From the NCBI GenBank assembly GCA_001805645.1, contig MHGQ01000032.1:267-64266 (forward strand): a stretch of 64,000 bases of DNA, given 5' to 3'. The translations under genes were made by a program, and so were the position numbers. The stretch comes from Omnitrophica WOR_2 bacterium RIFCSPHIGHO2_02_FULL_50_17 (GTDB taxonomy: Bacteria > Omnitrophota > Gorgyraeia > Zapsychrales > Zapsychraceae). Positions 1 through 9,467 of this stretch are shown here, in pieces; position 1 is the stretch's first letter; every line of letters starts with the position of its first letter. The notes under the pieces were generated by a model, which worked only from the letters and a program-made list of their open reading frames with translations, was not told the DNA's origin and made no database searches.

Positions 1-1000
1 ACCGCTCGTATTTGTCGCTTTGGTCTTTGTAGGTTTTAACGACGATAAAAGAACACGGCTTGAGCAGTTTTTCCACAAAGCGTTTGGCTCTACGCCCCAG
101 GCGCGTATCGAGTTCCGGCGCGTTAATGCCGCGCAGGCGCACTTTCTTGCGCGCCTCGGTGTCAAAACCGCAATCGATCACGACCCACAGGGTGTCCGCG
201 TCCACGACGCGTTCCACTTCCGCCTTGTAGGTAAAAAGTTCTTTGGGATCGTTGTTCGGCGCCGGCCGCAGGCGGTGATTTTCGTCGTCAATTTTAATGG
301 AGGTATAAATCGTGTCGGGGCTGACTTTCTGTGGAGTCTCTCCCGACGCGCCATCTTCGATGTCGGTCGGGACTCCGACCGAGGCTTTAGTCGAGCGCCG
401 GAGTAACGCGATCGTGCGCCAGACGTTGAAACCGCAGTCAATCTTCACCTTCTTCACCGGGCATTTGTCCTTCGGAGAAGCGGGCTTTTTCGCCGGAACG
501 CTTCTGTAGGTGAACAATTTTCCGCGCTCGGCGGTCAGTTTTGGAATCGGCTGATGGACGGCAGGAATTTTGTGGTCGACTTTGTACCGGGCAACTTCCC
601 TTCGCAGCTGGCGGGTATTAAGGTTTTCGCGCAGCGACTTTCCTGCCAGTTCGCGCCTTGCCGACGGGTCAGGCAGACCCAGCAGGGTGCGGTAATGGGT
701 CCAGGTCAATTGTGAGCGCGCGCTCACAATTGGAAATTTGCGGGAAAACTCAACACTGTGACGAAGCGTTCGCTTATCAATATTCAAATCTTCGGCAAGT
801 TTTTCGTAGACGCGCTCGCCGTAGCCGGCGCGATCTTTGCCCTGCAGGATAAATTCTGATATATATTTTCCGACTTTCCAGTTCGTGACCGCCTCGGCCT
901 GCTGCATCAGCTTTTTGCCGGCGGCGATCTCGGCGCGAATCGCTTTCAAAAGGCGCGCGTACGCGGCGGGGTCAACGGTGAGCGCTTTAAAATTTTTCAA
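1..1000 (-). CDS. YhcG/DUF1016 N-terminal domain fused to thermonuclease (SNase-like) domain; runs off window start
   Basis: Manual translation from TTG at 1000 (AGGAGG at 1009-1014): MKNFKALTVDPAAYARLLKAIRAEIAAG..NWKVGKYISEFILQGKDRAGYGERVYEKLAEDL..QLTWTHYRTLL (DUF1016-N motifs), then ELFTYKAEVERVVDADTLWVVIDCGF..VRLRGINAPEL..DKYER (SNase motifs). No stop inside the window, so absent from the ORF track. Confidence 0.85.
   Translation of the reverse strand, partial: MKNFKALTVDPAAYARLLKAIRAEIAAGKKLMQQAEAVTNWKVGKYISEFILQGKDRAGYGERVYEKLAEDLNIDKRTLRHSVEFSRKFPIVSARSQLTWTHYRTLLGLPDPSARRELAGKSLRENLNTRQLRREVARYKVDHKIPAVHQPIPKLTAERGKLFTYRSVPAKKPASPKDKCPVKKVKIDCGFNVWRTIALLRRSTKASVGVPTDIEDGASGETPQKVSPDTIYTSIKIDDENHRLRPAPNNDPKELFTYKAEVERVVDADTLWVVIDCGFDTEARKKVRLRGINAPELDTRLGRRAKRFVEKLLKPCSFIVVKTYKDQSDKYER
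341..395. repeat. In-frame palindromic element (tcccgac..gtcggga-ctccgac..gtcgag) in the linker of the DUF1016-SNase gene
   Basis: Perfect hairpin tcggtcgg-gact-ccgaccga at 363-382, alternative pairing 341-347/366-372; encodes STKASVGVPTDIEDGASG. Confidence 0.55.
707..732. repeat. Perfect 26-bp palindrome inside the DUF1016-N coding region
   Basis: caattgtgagcgc|gcgctcacaattg read directly; lies over codons PIVSARSQL. Confidence 0.95.
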
Positions 1001-1040
1001 GGGCGTGTCCTCCTGTTGAAGGTTCGAAGCTAACTCACGC

Positions 1041-1069
1041 TTTATAACATTTTCTAACGCAATTGTCCA
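1041..1069 (-). promoter_or_regulatory. Putative sigma70 promoter of the DUF1016-SNase gene
   Basis: TGGACA-17 nt-TATAAA with extended TG on the minus strand. Confidence 0.5.
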
Positions 1070-1132
1070 GCGCAGGCATCCTTCTGGGTGGGATATGCAG
1101 GGAATTTATACGGGGCAATGCAGAGGGGGATT

Positions 1133-1168
1133 AAAAAAGGGCGGAGGGATTTTCATCCCTCCGCCCTT
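1133..1168 (-). terminator. Rho-independent terminator
   Basis: 14-bp perfect stem aagggcggagggat/atccctccgccctt with 4-nt loop, followed by a T-run on the minus strand, just downstream of the ORF ending at 1197. Confidence 0.8.
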
Positions 1169-1196
1169 GGGGTCTGCTGTGGCGCAGCAAGCCCCG

Positions 1197-1559
1197 CTAG
1201 TCAGAACCGCTGACTTGTTGGGGGAGAAAAGATTTCTTCCAGGAGATCTGGACGTTCAAACAATGGTGAAAATACACCTTGGCCATCCATTCACCGTTAG
1301 CCGTATAAAAAATCCCCTTGACCTGAAAGGTGAATTTCTCGATTTTGTGTTCCGTGTCAAAATGTTTGCGGATATAAATCTGCGGCGGGGCAACAGGGAT
1401 GTCCACCGTCTCCGTGCGAGAGACATTATAGAGGAAGCTCTTTCTCACACGCGTCCTGCTGTCTGGGTCCTCCGTGTGCGCGCTGATGGTGATGAGCTTC
1501 AGCCCCTTGTGAAGATCGCTTCGCTTTTTGTGGAGCAATTCCTTCATCGATTCCTCCAT
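1197..1559 (-). CDS. Hypothetical protein (~120 aa; start uncertain, ORF open to 1622)
   Basis: Co-oriented with neighbours and followed by a terminator; no recognisable motif. Confidence 0.6.
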   Translation of the reverse strand: MEESMKELLHKKRSDLHKGLKLITISAHTEDPDSRTRVRKSFLYNVSRTETVDIPVAPPQIYIRKHFDTEHKIEKFTFQVKGIFYTANGEWMAKVYFHHCLNVQISWKKSFLPQQVSGSD

Positions 1560-1722
1560 CCCGTCGCTACAACCTGCCTCACATAACCAAAGAAAGTATA
1601 ACATCCCAAAGGCTTCCCACAAGAGGGTTTGGCCTGTTTGGAGAAAACGTTTTCCTGAAATTTATCCGCCGAGAATTAAGGAAAAAAGGGGGAATGCGGT
1701 GTAAAATAATTTTTTTTAGAAC

Positions 1723-2346
1723 TCACTTTTTCTTTCGGAAGAGAGAAACACGCGGCTCTTGGCCGGAGAGGAGGCGCTTAATGTTGGGGCGGTGCCGCAG
1801 GACGACAAAAAGGCAGAAAATCACGCCCAAGCAGATGATCTCAATGGGCTGATTCGTCCCTGCCATCATAAGAGGAAGAAGGACGCTGGCCACGATGGAA
1901 GATAGAGAGACATAACCCGTAGAAAGAAAACACACGAGCCATACGCAAACCGTTCCTAAAAGCACGGGACGGATGACGGCAATTTTTATCGTAAGCCCTA
2001 TGAGCGCGCCGAGGCTGGTGGCGATACCCTTGCCTCCTTTGAAGTTCAAAAAGACCGTCCAATTGTGGCCGCTGACAACAACGAGCGCCAGGATGACGCG
2101 GTGGATCACCTCTGTGACCCTCAAGAAATCAGGGACGACCGCAACGGCCAAGACACCTTTCAGGATATCACAGATGAGAACGGTTGCGCCGGCGCCTTTC
2201 CCCAAGACACGAAAGACGTTGGTCGCCCCCACATTACCCGAGCCATGGCGGCGTATGTCGATGCGCTTGGAAAGTTTTCCGTAGATATAGGCCGTGGGGA
2301 TGGCCCCGATGAGATAACTGATGATCATGCCTAAAAGAATCCTCAC
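1723..2346 (-). CDS. plsY: Glycerol-3-phosphate acyltransferase PlsY
   Basis: GSGNVGATNVFR, DILKG, GHNWTVFLNFKGGKGIAT, RHRPNIKRL motifs. Confidence 0.95.
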   Translation of the reverse strand: MRILLGMIISYLIGAIPTAYIYGKLSKRIDIRRHGSGNVGATNVFRVLGKGAGATVLICDILKGVLAVAVVPDFLRVTEVIHRVILALVVVSGHNWTVFLNFKGGKGIATSLGALIGLTIKIAVIRPVLLGTVCVWLVCFLSTGYVSLSSIVASVLLPLMMAGTNQPIEIICLGVIFCLFVVLRHRPNIKRLLSGQEPRVSLFRKKK

Positions 2347-2906
2347 GCAACCCCTCCGTTATTGATAATCCGGATCCCTTTACGGATATAATCCACGCCG
2401 GAGATGCCGGTTAAGACAACCGTCGGATACCAAAAGACGGACGAAAACGGCCATTGGAGGAGAACACCCATAATGGTCAGAATCTGGAAAAACGCCGTGG
2501 CCTTTCCCCAGAGGGTTACCTCAATCGTTCCCTCATAATCAAAAAGGCGGATAATCACCGACCCGGAAAGCAGGATAACATCCCGGCTGATGACGGCCAC
2601 CACCAGCCAAATGGGAAACCGAATGACCTCAAAAGAGACGCCGATCTTATAGAGAGAAATAAAGGCGCTGATAAGAAGCAGCTTGTCCGCCAAAGGGTCC
2701 AAGATGGCCCCTGCCTTTGTCTTCTGGTGATGGCGTCTGGCGATATAGCCGTCAATGACATCCGAGACAACGGCAAAGAGGAATATCCCCAAAGCCACAA
2801 AACGCAGGTGATCCTTCGCCGGCGTATAGTAAAGGATAGTCGCGATAAAAAACGGCACGGCCAAAATGCGGCAGACCGTAATCTTATTGGCAAAAGTCAA
2901 GGCCAT
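2343..2906 (-). CDS. pgsA: CDP-alcohol phosphatidyltransferase (PgsA-like)
   Basis: ANKITVCR, SDVIDGYIARR..GAILDPLADK motif. Confidence 0.85.
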   Translation of the reverse strand: MALTFANKITVCRILAVPFFIATILYYTPAKDHLRFVALGIFLFAVVSDVIDGYIARRHHQKTKAGAILDPLADKLLLISAFISLYKIGVSFEVIRFPIWLVVAVISRDVILLSGSVIIRLFDYEGTIEVTLWGKATAFFQILTIMGVLLQWPFSSVFWYPTVVLTGISGVDYIRKGIRIINNGGVA

Positions 2907-2967
2907 CGTATTCCCTCTTCATTCCTTCTTAAAATTTTGAAAAATTTTTAAGAACCTCGAAACCCGT

Positions 2968-3345
2968 TCACGGCTGAGAGGTCTCCATGGTCTTTAAGGG
3001 CACCTTATGGAGGGGGCAAACGGCTAAATGGGGGGCGTAATGCTCTCCTCCCGCGGGGCAGTATTTGGCCCGCGCCTGTTGACCGCCCACGGCATCCGCG
3101 ATACTTTGAATGGCGGTCTGGGCCTCTTTGTCTGTCTTTATCTGCTGCTCCAACTGACGTATCTCTTCTTCGCTTAACGCCCGGCCGGCTAGAGCCTCTG
3201 TCATGGAAACCAATGCCCGGCGGCCATCTCCTCCGGTTTCCAGGCTGTGTCTGCGGCGGGACATCGTCTGACAGCCTGTCACACAAGACAGAAGTATCAT
3301 CACGCAAAAAAGACGATAGAGGACTGCTGGCATCGCGTTTTTCAT
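2968..3345 (-). CDS. Putative lipoprotein with C-terminal Cys/His motif
   Basis: Hydrophobic N-terminus with lipobox-like VTGC; C-terminal YCPAGGEHY..VCPLH; start overlaps lepB stop. Confidence 0.65.
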   Translation of the reverse strand: MKNAMPAVLYRLFCVMILLSCVTGCQTMSRRRHSLETGGDGRRALVSMTEALAGRALSEEEIRQLEQQIKTDKEAQTAIQSIADAVGGQQARAKYCPAGGEHYAPHLAVCPLHKVPLKTMETSQP

Positions 3346-3959
3346 TCCAAAAACCGCAGGCGGTCAAACGGCCAATAGATAAATTCCGCCCGGCCGATAA
3401 TATTCTCCTGTGGGACAAAACCCCAAAACCGGCTGTCATGACTGGAGGCGCTGTTGTCCCCCAAGACGTAGACATACCCTTCGGGCACCTTGACTATCTG
3501 TCCCTCCATGCCGTAATTGCCGCGGTTGTAGTAATAATTCTTTTTCACCTCCGGCTCATCGATGCGCCGGCCGTTAATATAAATATCGCCCTCTCGTATC
3601 TCAACGCTCTCGCCGCCGAAGGCAATGAGACGTTTGATAAAATCCCTCTTAGGGTCTTCGGGATAGACAAAAACAATAATGTCCCCTCTTTGCGGTTTGG
3701 AAAACCCCGGCAGGCGCTTCATGGTAAAAAGGATTTTGCCGCCGTAACGAACCGTTAGTTTAGGCCCGTAACGGAGCTTATTGACCATCAGCCTGTCGCC
3801 AATCACAAGGGTGGGGATCATCGAGCCGCTGGGGATCTTAAAGGCCTGGATAAAAAATGTCCGGATAAACATCGCCAGGACAAAGGCGATGACAATGGAT
3901 TCCACCCATTCGCGGGCAGCGGATTTTTGGATTCTCTTGGGATTTAATTTTGCGGTCAT
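3342..3959 (-). CDS. lepB: Signal peptidase I
   Basis: IPSGSMIPTL, RGDIIVF, FIKRLI, GDNSASSHDSR; ATG overlaps lepA TGA. Confidence 0.95.
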   Translation of the reverse strand: MTAKLNPKRIQKSAAREWVESIVIAFVLAMFIRTFFIQAFKIPSGSMIPTLVIGDRLMVNKLRYGPKLTVRYGGKILFTMKRLPGFSKPQRGDIIVFVYPEDPKRDFIKRLIAFGGESVEIREGDIYINGRRIDEPEVKKNYYYNRGNYGMEGQIVKVPEGYVYVLGDNSASSHDSRFWGFVPQENIIGRAEFIYWPFDRLRFLE

Positions 3960-5749
3960 CACAGTTTTAAGGCGGCCAGAAACGCCTCCTGGGGGATCTC
4001 GACATTCCCCACCTGTTTCATGCGTTTCTTGCCCTCTTTCTGTTTCTCCCAGAGTTTCTTCTTGCGCGTGATATCCCCGCCGTAACATTTGGCGGTGACA
4101 TTTTTGCCCATCGGCTGAACCCGGGCGCTGGAGACAATCCGCCCGTCGCAGGAAGCCTGAATGCGCACCTCAAACAACTGCCGCGGAATAAGCTCTTTGA
4201 GTTTCGTCACCAAGGCCAGCCCCTTGTCATAGGCGGTCTCCTTATGGACCAGGCAGGAAAAGGCATCGCAGATTTTATCGTTAATCAGAATATCCAGCTT
4301 GGAAATTTTCGCGTCTGCGTAACCCTTAAACTGATAATCAATAGAGCCATACCCTTGCGTAATGGATTTAATCATATCGCTGAAATCGACAATCACCTCC
4401 GAGAGGGGAATATCAAAAACAATCTTCATCCTGTCCGAGACATATTCGCTGCCGACAAAGACACCCCGTTTGCGTTTCGCGCTTTCCATGAGGCTGTCCA
4501 TATAGACAACCGGCGTTAAGATGGTCACAACCAGGAAAGGCTCCTCGATCTTGGTAATCTGCGACTGATCCGGCAATTGCGACGGGCATTCCAGCGTGAC
4601 GGTTGCGCCGTCTTTGGTCTGCACCCGGTACTGGACATTGGGCGTTGTCAAAATCAAGTTCAGGTCATACTCCCGCTGGAGGCGCTGCTGGACGATATCC
4701 ATGTGAAGGAGCCCCAGAAAACCGCAGCGAAAGCCGTTGCCGAAGGATTGGGACGTCTCCAGTTCATAGACAAAACTCGGATCGCTCAGGCGCAGTTTTT
4801 CAATGGCCTCTCTGAGCGCCATAAAGTCCTTTGAATTCACCGGATAAACGCCGCAAAATACCAGCGGATTTAACTGCCGGTATCCCTTCAAAGGCTCCGA
4901 AGCCGGCCGGCCGGCCTCTGTAACCGTATCCCCGACCCTGACCTCGCGGGGCTCGTGGATGTTGCAGGTGATATAGCCGACGTCGCCGCTTGTTAATTCC
5001 TTGACGGCAAAAGCCTCGGGCTTAAAGATGCCGATTTCCTCCAGCGTATATTCTTTGCCCATATGCATCATCTTAATGCGCATATGCCCCGTTAAAACGC
5101 CGTTGACGACCCGCACATAAATGATGATCCCTTTATAGATATCATATTTCATATCAAAGATAAGGGCCTGCAAGGGCGCTGTGTTGTCTCCCTCCGGCGG
5201 CGGCATAAAAGAGACAATCTTCTCAAAGAGTTCCTTAATGCCTATTCCCTCCTTGGCCGAGACCATCTGGATATCCTCTTCCTTAAAATTAAAAATTTCC
5301 ATGAGCTGGAGCTTGGCATGGTCCACATCGATATTGACGATATCAATCTTGTTGATGACGGGCAGGATTTCCAGGTTATTGTCAACAGCCAGATAAAAAT
5401 TGGCAACCGTCTGGGATTCGACCCCTTGAGAGGCATCCACCACCAACAGCGCCCCCTCGCAGGCACGCAAAGACTTTTCCACTTCATACGAAAAATCGAC
5501 ATGCCCCGGCGTATCGATGAGGTTGAAAATATACTCCTTGCCGTTATCGGCCTTGTAGGTAATTTTGACCGCCGAGGCCTTAATCGTGATGCCGCGCTCG
5601 CGCTCTAAGTCCATGTCATCCAGCATCTGATGGCGGAACTTGCGCTCGTCAATGGCCCCCGTCTGCAAGAGCAGCCGGTCGGCCAGGGTCGACTTGCCGT
5701 GATCGATGTGCGCGATAATCGAAAAATTGCGGATGAGAGATTTATCCAT
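3959..5749 (-). CDS. lepA: Elongation factor 4 LepA
   Basis: IRNFSIIAHIDHGKSTLADR, KCYGGDITRKKKL. Confidence 0.98.
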   Translation of the reverse strand: MDKSLIRNFSIIAHIDHGKSTLADRLLLQTGAIDERKFRHQMLDDMDLERERGITIKASAVKITYKADNGKEYIFNLIDTPGHVDFSYEVEKSLRACEGALLVVDASQGVESQTVANFYLAVDNNLEILPVINKIDIVNIDVDHAKLQLMEIFNFKEEDIQMVSAKEGIGIKELFEKIVSFMPPPEGDNTAPLQALIFDMKYDIYKGIIIYVRVVNGVLTGHMRIKMMHMGKEYTLEEIGIFKPEAFAVKELTSGDVGYITCNIHEPREVRVGDTVTEAGRPASEPLKGYRQLNPLVFCGVYPVNSKDFMALREAIEKLRLSDPSFVYELETSQSFGNGFRCGFLGLLHMDIVQQRLQREYDLNLILTTPNVQYRVQTKDGATVTLECPSQLPDQSQITKIEEPFLVVTILTPVVYMDSLMESAKRKRGVFVGSEYVSDRMKIVFDIPLSEVIVDFSDMIKSITQGYGSIDYQFKGYADAKISKLDILINDKICDAFSCLVHKETAYDKGLALVTKLKELIPRQLFEVRIQASCDGRIVSSARVQPMGKNVTAKCYGGDITRKKKLWEKQKEGKKRMKQVGNVEIPQEAFLAALKL

Positions 5750-6416
5750 ATTTAATGTGTCTCAGCATTGCCTCCACGACCTCATCGGCACAGAGATGCG
5801 TTGAGTCAATGACGACGGCGTCCTCAGCCCTTTTTAACGGGCCGACACGGCGGGTCAAATCTTTATGATCCCTTTCTTCCAATTCTTTTTTGAGATTGCC
5901 GGCATCGACGGCCTGGCCTTTTTCCCTCAATTCTTTAATGCGCCGGCGGGAGCGCTCCTCGGGATCCGCATCCAAATAAAACTTATGGGTGGCCTTCGGA
6001 AATACAACCGTCCCCACATCGCGGCCTTCGGCAACAACGCTTCTCTTGGAGCCGATATCCCTCTGCCACTTAACCACAATCGCCCGCACACGCGGGGCAC
6101 GGGCAATATAAAAAGTCTTATTGGTTACCTCCATTGTGCGGATCTCCTCCGTGACGTCTTGTGCGTCCAAGAGAACCTTGACTTTTCCGTCCGGATAACG
6201 GCCAAAGTCGATTTTTGTCTCCTGCACCGCCTCCACCAGCTGCCCTTCGTCTTCCAAATCAACGCCTTGGCGCAGGACCTTCAATGTCAATGCCCTGTAC
6301 ATCGCCCCCGTATCCAGAAAAAAAATCCCGAGCCGCTGGGCGATTTCCCTGGCCACCGTGCTTTTCCCGGCCCCGGCCGGCCCGTCAATGGTAATCACAC
6401 GCATCCTCTCGGGCAT
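5742..6416 (-). CDS. cmk: Cytidylate kinase
   Basis: ITIDGPAGAGKST, LDTGAMYR, EGRDVGTVVFP. Confidence 0.97.
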   Translation of the reverse strand: MPERMRVITIDGPAGAGKSTVAREIAQRLGIFFLDTGAMYRALTLKVLRQGVDLEDEGQLVEAVQETKIDFGRYPDGKVKVLLDAQDVTEEIRTMEVTNKTFYIARAPRVRAIVVKWQRDIGSKRSVVAEGRDVGTVVFPKATHKFYLDADPEERSRRRIKELREKGQAVDAGNLKKELEERDHKDLTRRVGPLKRAEDAVVIDSTHLCADEVVEAMLRHIKYG

Positions 6417-6451
6417 AAAAAATTTTTCCTGTAAGCAGGGACGATCCGCTC

Positions 6452-7309
6452 CTACTGAAGCGTATCTCTTTTTTCTTTAGCCCTGGTGAAATGATTCATC
6501 AAGGTCTTCTGATCGCGGTTGATGACGGCTTTTCGAATCGACGAAAGATGTTTGACCACTTCATCCAGGGCGTGCAAAATGTTCTTGGAATTCGCCATAC
6601 AGATATCATTCCACATCTGGGGGGACGAGGCGGCAATCCGCGTGGAATCCTTGAGCCCTTGCGGGGCGTAGGGAAGAGATTCCTGAGGGATAGACTCCAT
6701 CAAGACATAAGCCAAAAGATGCGGCAAGTGGCTGACCTGGGCTAAAATCCGGTCGTGTTCTTCGGGAGACAAAAACTCGACCTTAGCGCCCAGCTTGGTC
6801 CATAGATGCTTTATCTTCTCTTTCGCCACAGGACTGGTTTTAGAGGTCGGCGTCATGATACAGCGGGTGTTTTCAAACAATTCGGCGCGGGCGTATTCCA
6901 CCCCCTTTTTCTCCGAACCCGTGAGGGGATGGGACCCGACGAAAAGTCCGGGCAAGGAAAGGGTGCTTTCCGCCTTTTCGACAATCTCCAGCTTGGCGCT
7001 GCCTAAATCCGTGATGAGACAGCCGCGCCGTAAAGACGCACTAATAGTGGGAAGAAGCTGCAGGATAGTCTGTACGGGTGTGGCGAGAACAACCAGATCG
7101 GCATTGGCCACTCCCTGGGGGATATCCATAAACCCCATATCGATGGCCCCTTTTTGAATCGCCTGGTCCAGGGTTTGGGAATGGGTGGAGACGCCCACCA
7201 CCTCGCGGGCGAGTTGATATTTCTTTAAGGCCATCCCCAATGACCCGCCCATCAAACCCACACCCACAATCGCCACTCTTCTAAAAAAATGAGACCTTAA
7301 GAGCATCAT
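6452..7309 (-). CDS. tyrA: Prephenate/arogenate dehydrogenase
   Basis: GVGLMGGSLG, HPLTGSE, EHDRILAQVSHLPH, TRIAASSPQMW. Confidence 0.93.
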   Translation of the reverse strand: MMLLRSHFFRRVAIVGVGLMGGSLGMALKKYQLAREVVGVSTHSQTLDQAIQKGAIDMGFMDIPQGVANADLVVLATPVQTILQLLPTISASLRRGCLITDLGSAKLEIVEKAESTLSLPGLFVGSHPLTGSEKKGVEYARAELFENTRCIMTPTSKTSPVAKEKIKHLWTKLGAKVEFLSPEEHDRILAQVSHLPHLLAYVLMESIPQESLPYAPQGLKDSTRIAASSPQMWNDICMANSKNILHALDEVVKHLSSIRKAVINRDQKTLMNHFTRAKEKRDTLQ

Positions 7310-7315
7310 GGTGTA

Positions 7316-8332
7316 TCAAATCTCTCTGGAAACGGCAGAGGCAATTTTTCTTAAATCGTTCATAAGCGCATCAAATTTTTCCGGAATCAGAGACTGCTGA
7401 CCGTCGGAAAAAGCCTCTTCCGGATTCTCATGCACCTCGATAATAAGCCCGTCACAACCTGCGGCCACCCCCGCCTTGGCGCCGCTTCCCACAAGCTCCC
7501 ATGTGCCGGTGGCGTGGCTGGGGTCCACCACAACCGGCAAATGGGACAATCTCTTCACCAAAGGAATGGCATTGATATCCAGCGTGTTGCGTGTGGCCGT
7601 TTCAAAGGTGCGGATCCCCCGTTCGCACAATAAGACGTTAAAATTTCCGTTGGAGAGGATATACTCCGCGGACATCAGCCACTCCTTGACCGTGGCGCTG
7701 ATGCCTCTTTTTAACATGACCGGCTTATTGAGCTTACCGATATCCTTCAGGAGAGAAAAATTTTGCATATTGCGGGCGCCGATCTGCAGGATATCCGCAT
7801 ACTTACTGATGAGTTCCAGATCGCGCGGATCCATGACCTCTGTGATGGTGGCGAGTCCAAACTCTCTTCCCGCCTCTGCCAGATATTTTAAACCCTCCTC
7901 CCCCAACCCTTGAAAATCATAAGGGGATGTCCGCGGCTTGAAGGCCCCTCCGCGCAAGATAGTTGCCCCGGATTTCTTCACCTTTTGGGCGATGGAACGG
8001 ATGCCCTTGGCGCTCTCTATCGAACAGGGCCCGGCCATCACAGGAATCCGCCTGCCGCCGAATTCAACGCGGTCATTGATTTTAACAATTGAATTTTCCT
8101 TCTTGAATTCCCTGGAGACGAGCCTGTAAGGGGCAAGCACAGGAATGACGCGCTCAACGCCGGGGAATACTTCCAACGGCGTCACCCGCAGCACATCCTC
8201 CGGCCCGATCAGACCGACAATCGTCCTTTCTGTCCCCCGGGAGATGTGCGCCTTGAGGCCAAGCTTTTCCGCCTTCTCGATAATATGGCTGATTTGTTGT
8301 TCGGTGGCATCCGCTTTTAAGACGATAATCAT
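7316..8332 (-). CDS. aroF: DAHP synthase type I-beta with N-terminal regulatory domain
   Basis: [37 protein letters not shown]. Confidence 0.95.
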   Translation of the reverse strand: MIIVLKADATEQQISHIIEKAEKLGLKAHISRGTERTIVGLIGPEDVLRVTPLEVFPGVERVIPVLAPYRLVSREFKKENSIVKINDRVEFGGRRIPVMAGPCSIESAKGIRSIAQKVKKSGATILRGGAFKPRTSPYDFQGLGEEGLKYLAEAGREFGLATITEVMDPRDLELISKYADILQIGARNMQNFSLLKDIGKLNKPVMLKRGISATVKEWLMSAEYILSNGNFNVLLCERGIRTFETATRNTLDINAIPLVKRLSHLPVVVDPSHATGTWELVGSGAKAGVAAGCDGLIIEVHENPEEAFSDGQQSLIPEKFDALMNDLRKIASAVSREI

Positions 8333-8336
8333 AGAA

Positions 8337-9419
8337 TCATATCTCCTTTAACGCTTTAAGAAATTTTCTGTTCTCCGGTTCCGTACCGATCGTCACACGG
8401 ATATAATTCTTTAATCCCCAAGGACGCATATCGCGCACGATGACACCCTTTTTCAACAAACGCCGGGCAACTCTGGAGGCATCCGTTTGCATATCAATTA
8501 AAACAAAATTCGTATAACTTTCAACATATTTTAGGCCTAAATTCCTAAGGTTATCATAAAGCCATCTGCGCTGCCGGTCAACCTTAAGCCCCACATTCCT
8601 GTAATAGGACTGGTCATTCAGGCAGGCGACGGCCGCTGTCTGGGCGAGGCTGTTGACATTAAACGGTTCACGCAGACGGTTGAGGCAGTCGATAACCTCC
8701 TCATCCGCAATTCCATAACCGATACGCAGGCCCGCCAGGCCGTACATCTTTGAAAAAGTGCGTGCGATGATTATGTTTTTATACGCCTTGAGAAGTTGAA
8801 CCGAATCCACGTAATCACGCGCCCTGACGTATTCGTAATAAGCCTCATCCATAAAGACCAGCACGTTTTTATGCAATCCTTTCAGGAAATCCTCCACCTG
8901 TCTCTGCGTAAGGTACTTCCCGGACGGATTATCGGGGTTCCCCAGAAAAACGATCCTGGTTCTCGGGGTAACGGCCCTCTTCATCGCCTGAAGGTCATAA
9001 CAAAAATCTTTCAGGGCAACGGCCTTGACCCTGGCCCCCGCGATCCTTGAGGCGATTTCATAAATCAGAAACGACGGTTTGGCTACAACCACCTCATCGC
9101 CCTCCCGGACAAAGGCCCGGACCGCAAGGACAATAATCTCGTCGGAACCGTTGCCGAAGACCAGCTGCTGCGGCGCGACCCGCAGCCGGTGGGAAAGCAT
9201 CCGGCGCAGATGGTAACAACCGCTGTCGGGGTAACGATTGACCTGTTTGAGCGCTTTAACAACGGCCCTGAGCGCTTGAGGAGAGGGGCCGAAAGGATTT
9301 TCATTAGAGGCTAACTTGATAACGCGTGTTAATCCCAGCTCCCGTTTAACTTCCTCAATGGGCTTGCCCGGTACATACGGCCGGATATTAAAAATCGTTT
9401 TCTTAGCAAGGCGTCTCAT
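8337..9419 (-). CDS. hisC: Histidinol-phosphate/aromatic aminotransferase
   Basis: [34 protein letters not shown]. Confidence 0.95.
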   Translation of the reverse strand: MRRLAKKTIFNIRPYVPGKPIEEVKRELGLTRVIKLASNENPFGPSPQALRAVVKALKQVNRYPDSGCYHLRRMLSHRLRVAPQQLVFGNGSDEIIVLAVRAFVREGDEVVVAKPSFLIYEIASRIAGARVKAVALKDFCYDLQAMKRAVTPRTRIVFLGNPDNPSGKYLTQRQVEDFLKGLHKNVLVFMDEAYYEYVRARDYVDSVQLLKAYKNIIIARTFSKMYGLAGLRIGYGIADEEVIDCLNRLREPFNVNSLAQTAAVACLNDQSYYRNVGLKVDRQRRWLYDNLRNLGLKYVESYTNFVLIDMQTDASRVARRLLKKGVIVRDMRPWGLKNYIRVTIGTEPENRKFLKALKEI

Positions 9420-9422
9420 CGT

Positions 9423-9451
9423 AAGTGTTCAGTGTTAAGTGTTACTTAACA
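9423..9451. repeat. Three heptamer repeats (aagtgtt/cagtgtt/aagtgtt) with a triloop hairpin
   Basis: tgttaagt-gtt-acttaaca in the pheA-hisC spacer. Confidence 0.5.
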
Positions 9452-9467
9452 CATCTCAATCGCTTTT

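Noticed and set aside
707-732. lac operator or vector contamination
   Set aside because: Half-site spacing differs from lacO, no vector sequence flanks it, and it lies in frame in a coherent gene
20-1019. Short ORF-track calls in the first kilobase
   Set aside because: Shadows of the minus-strand DUF1016-SNase gene
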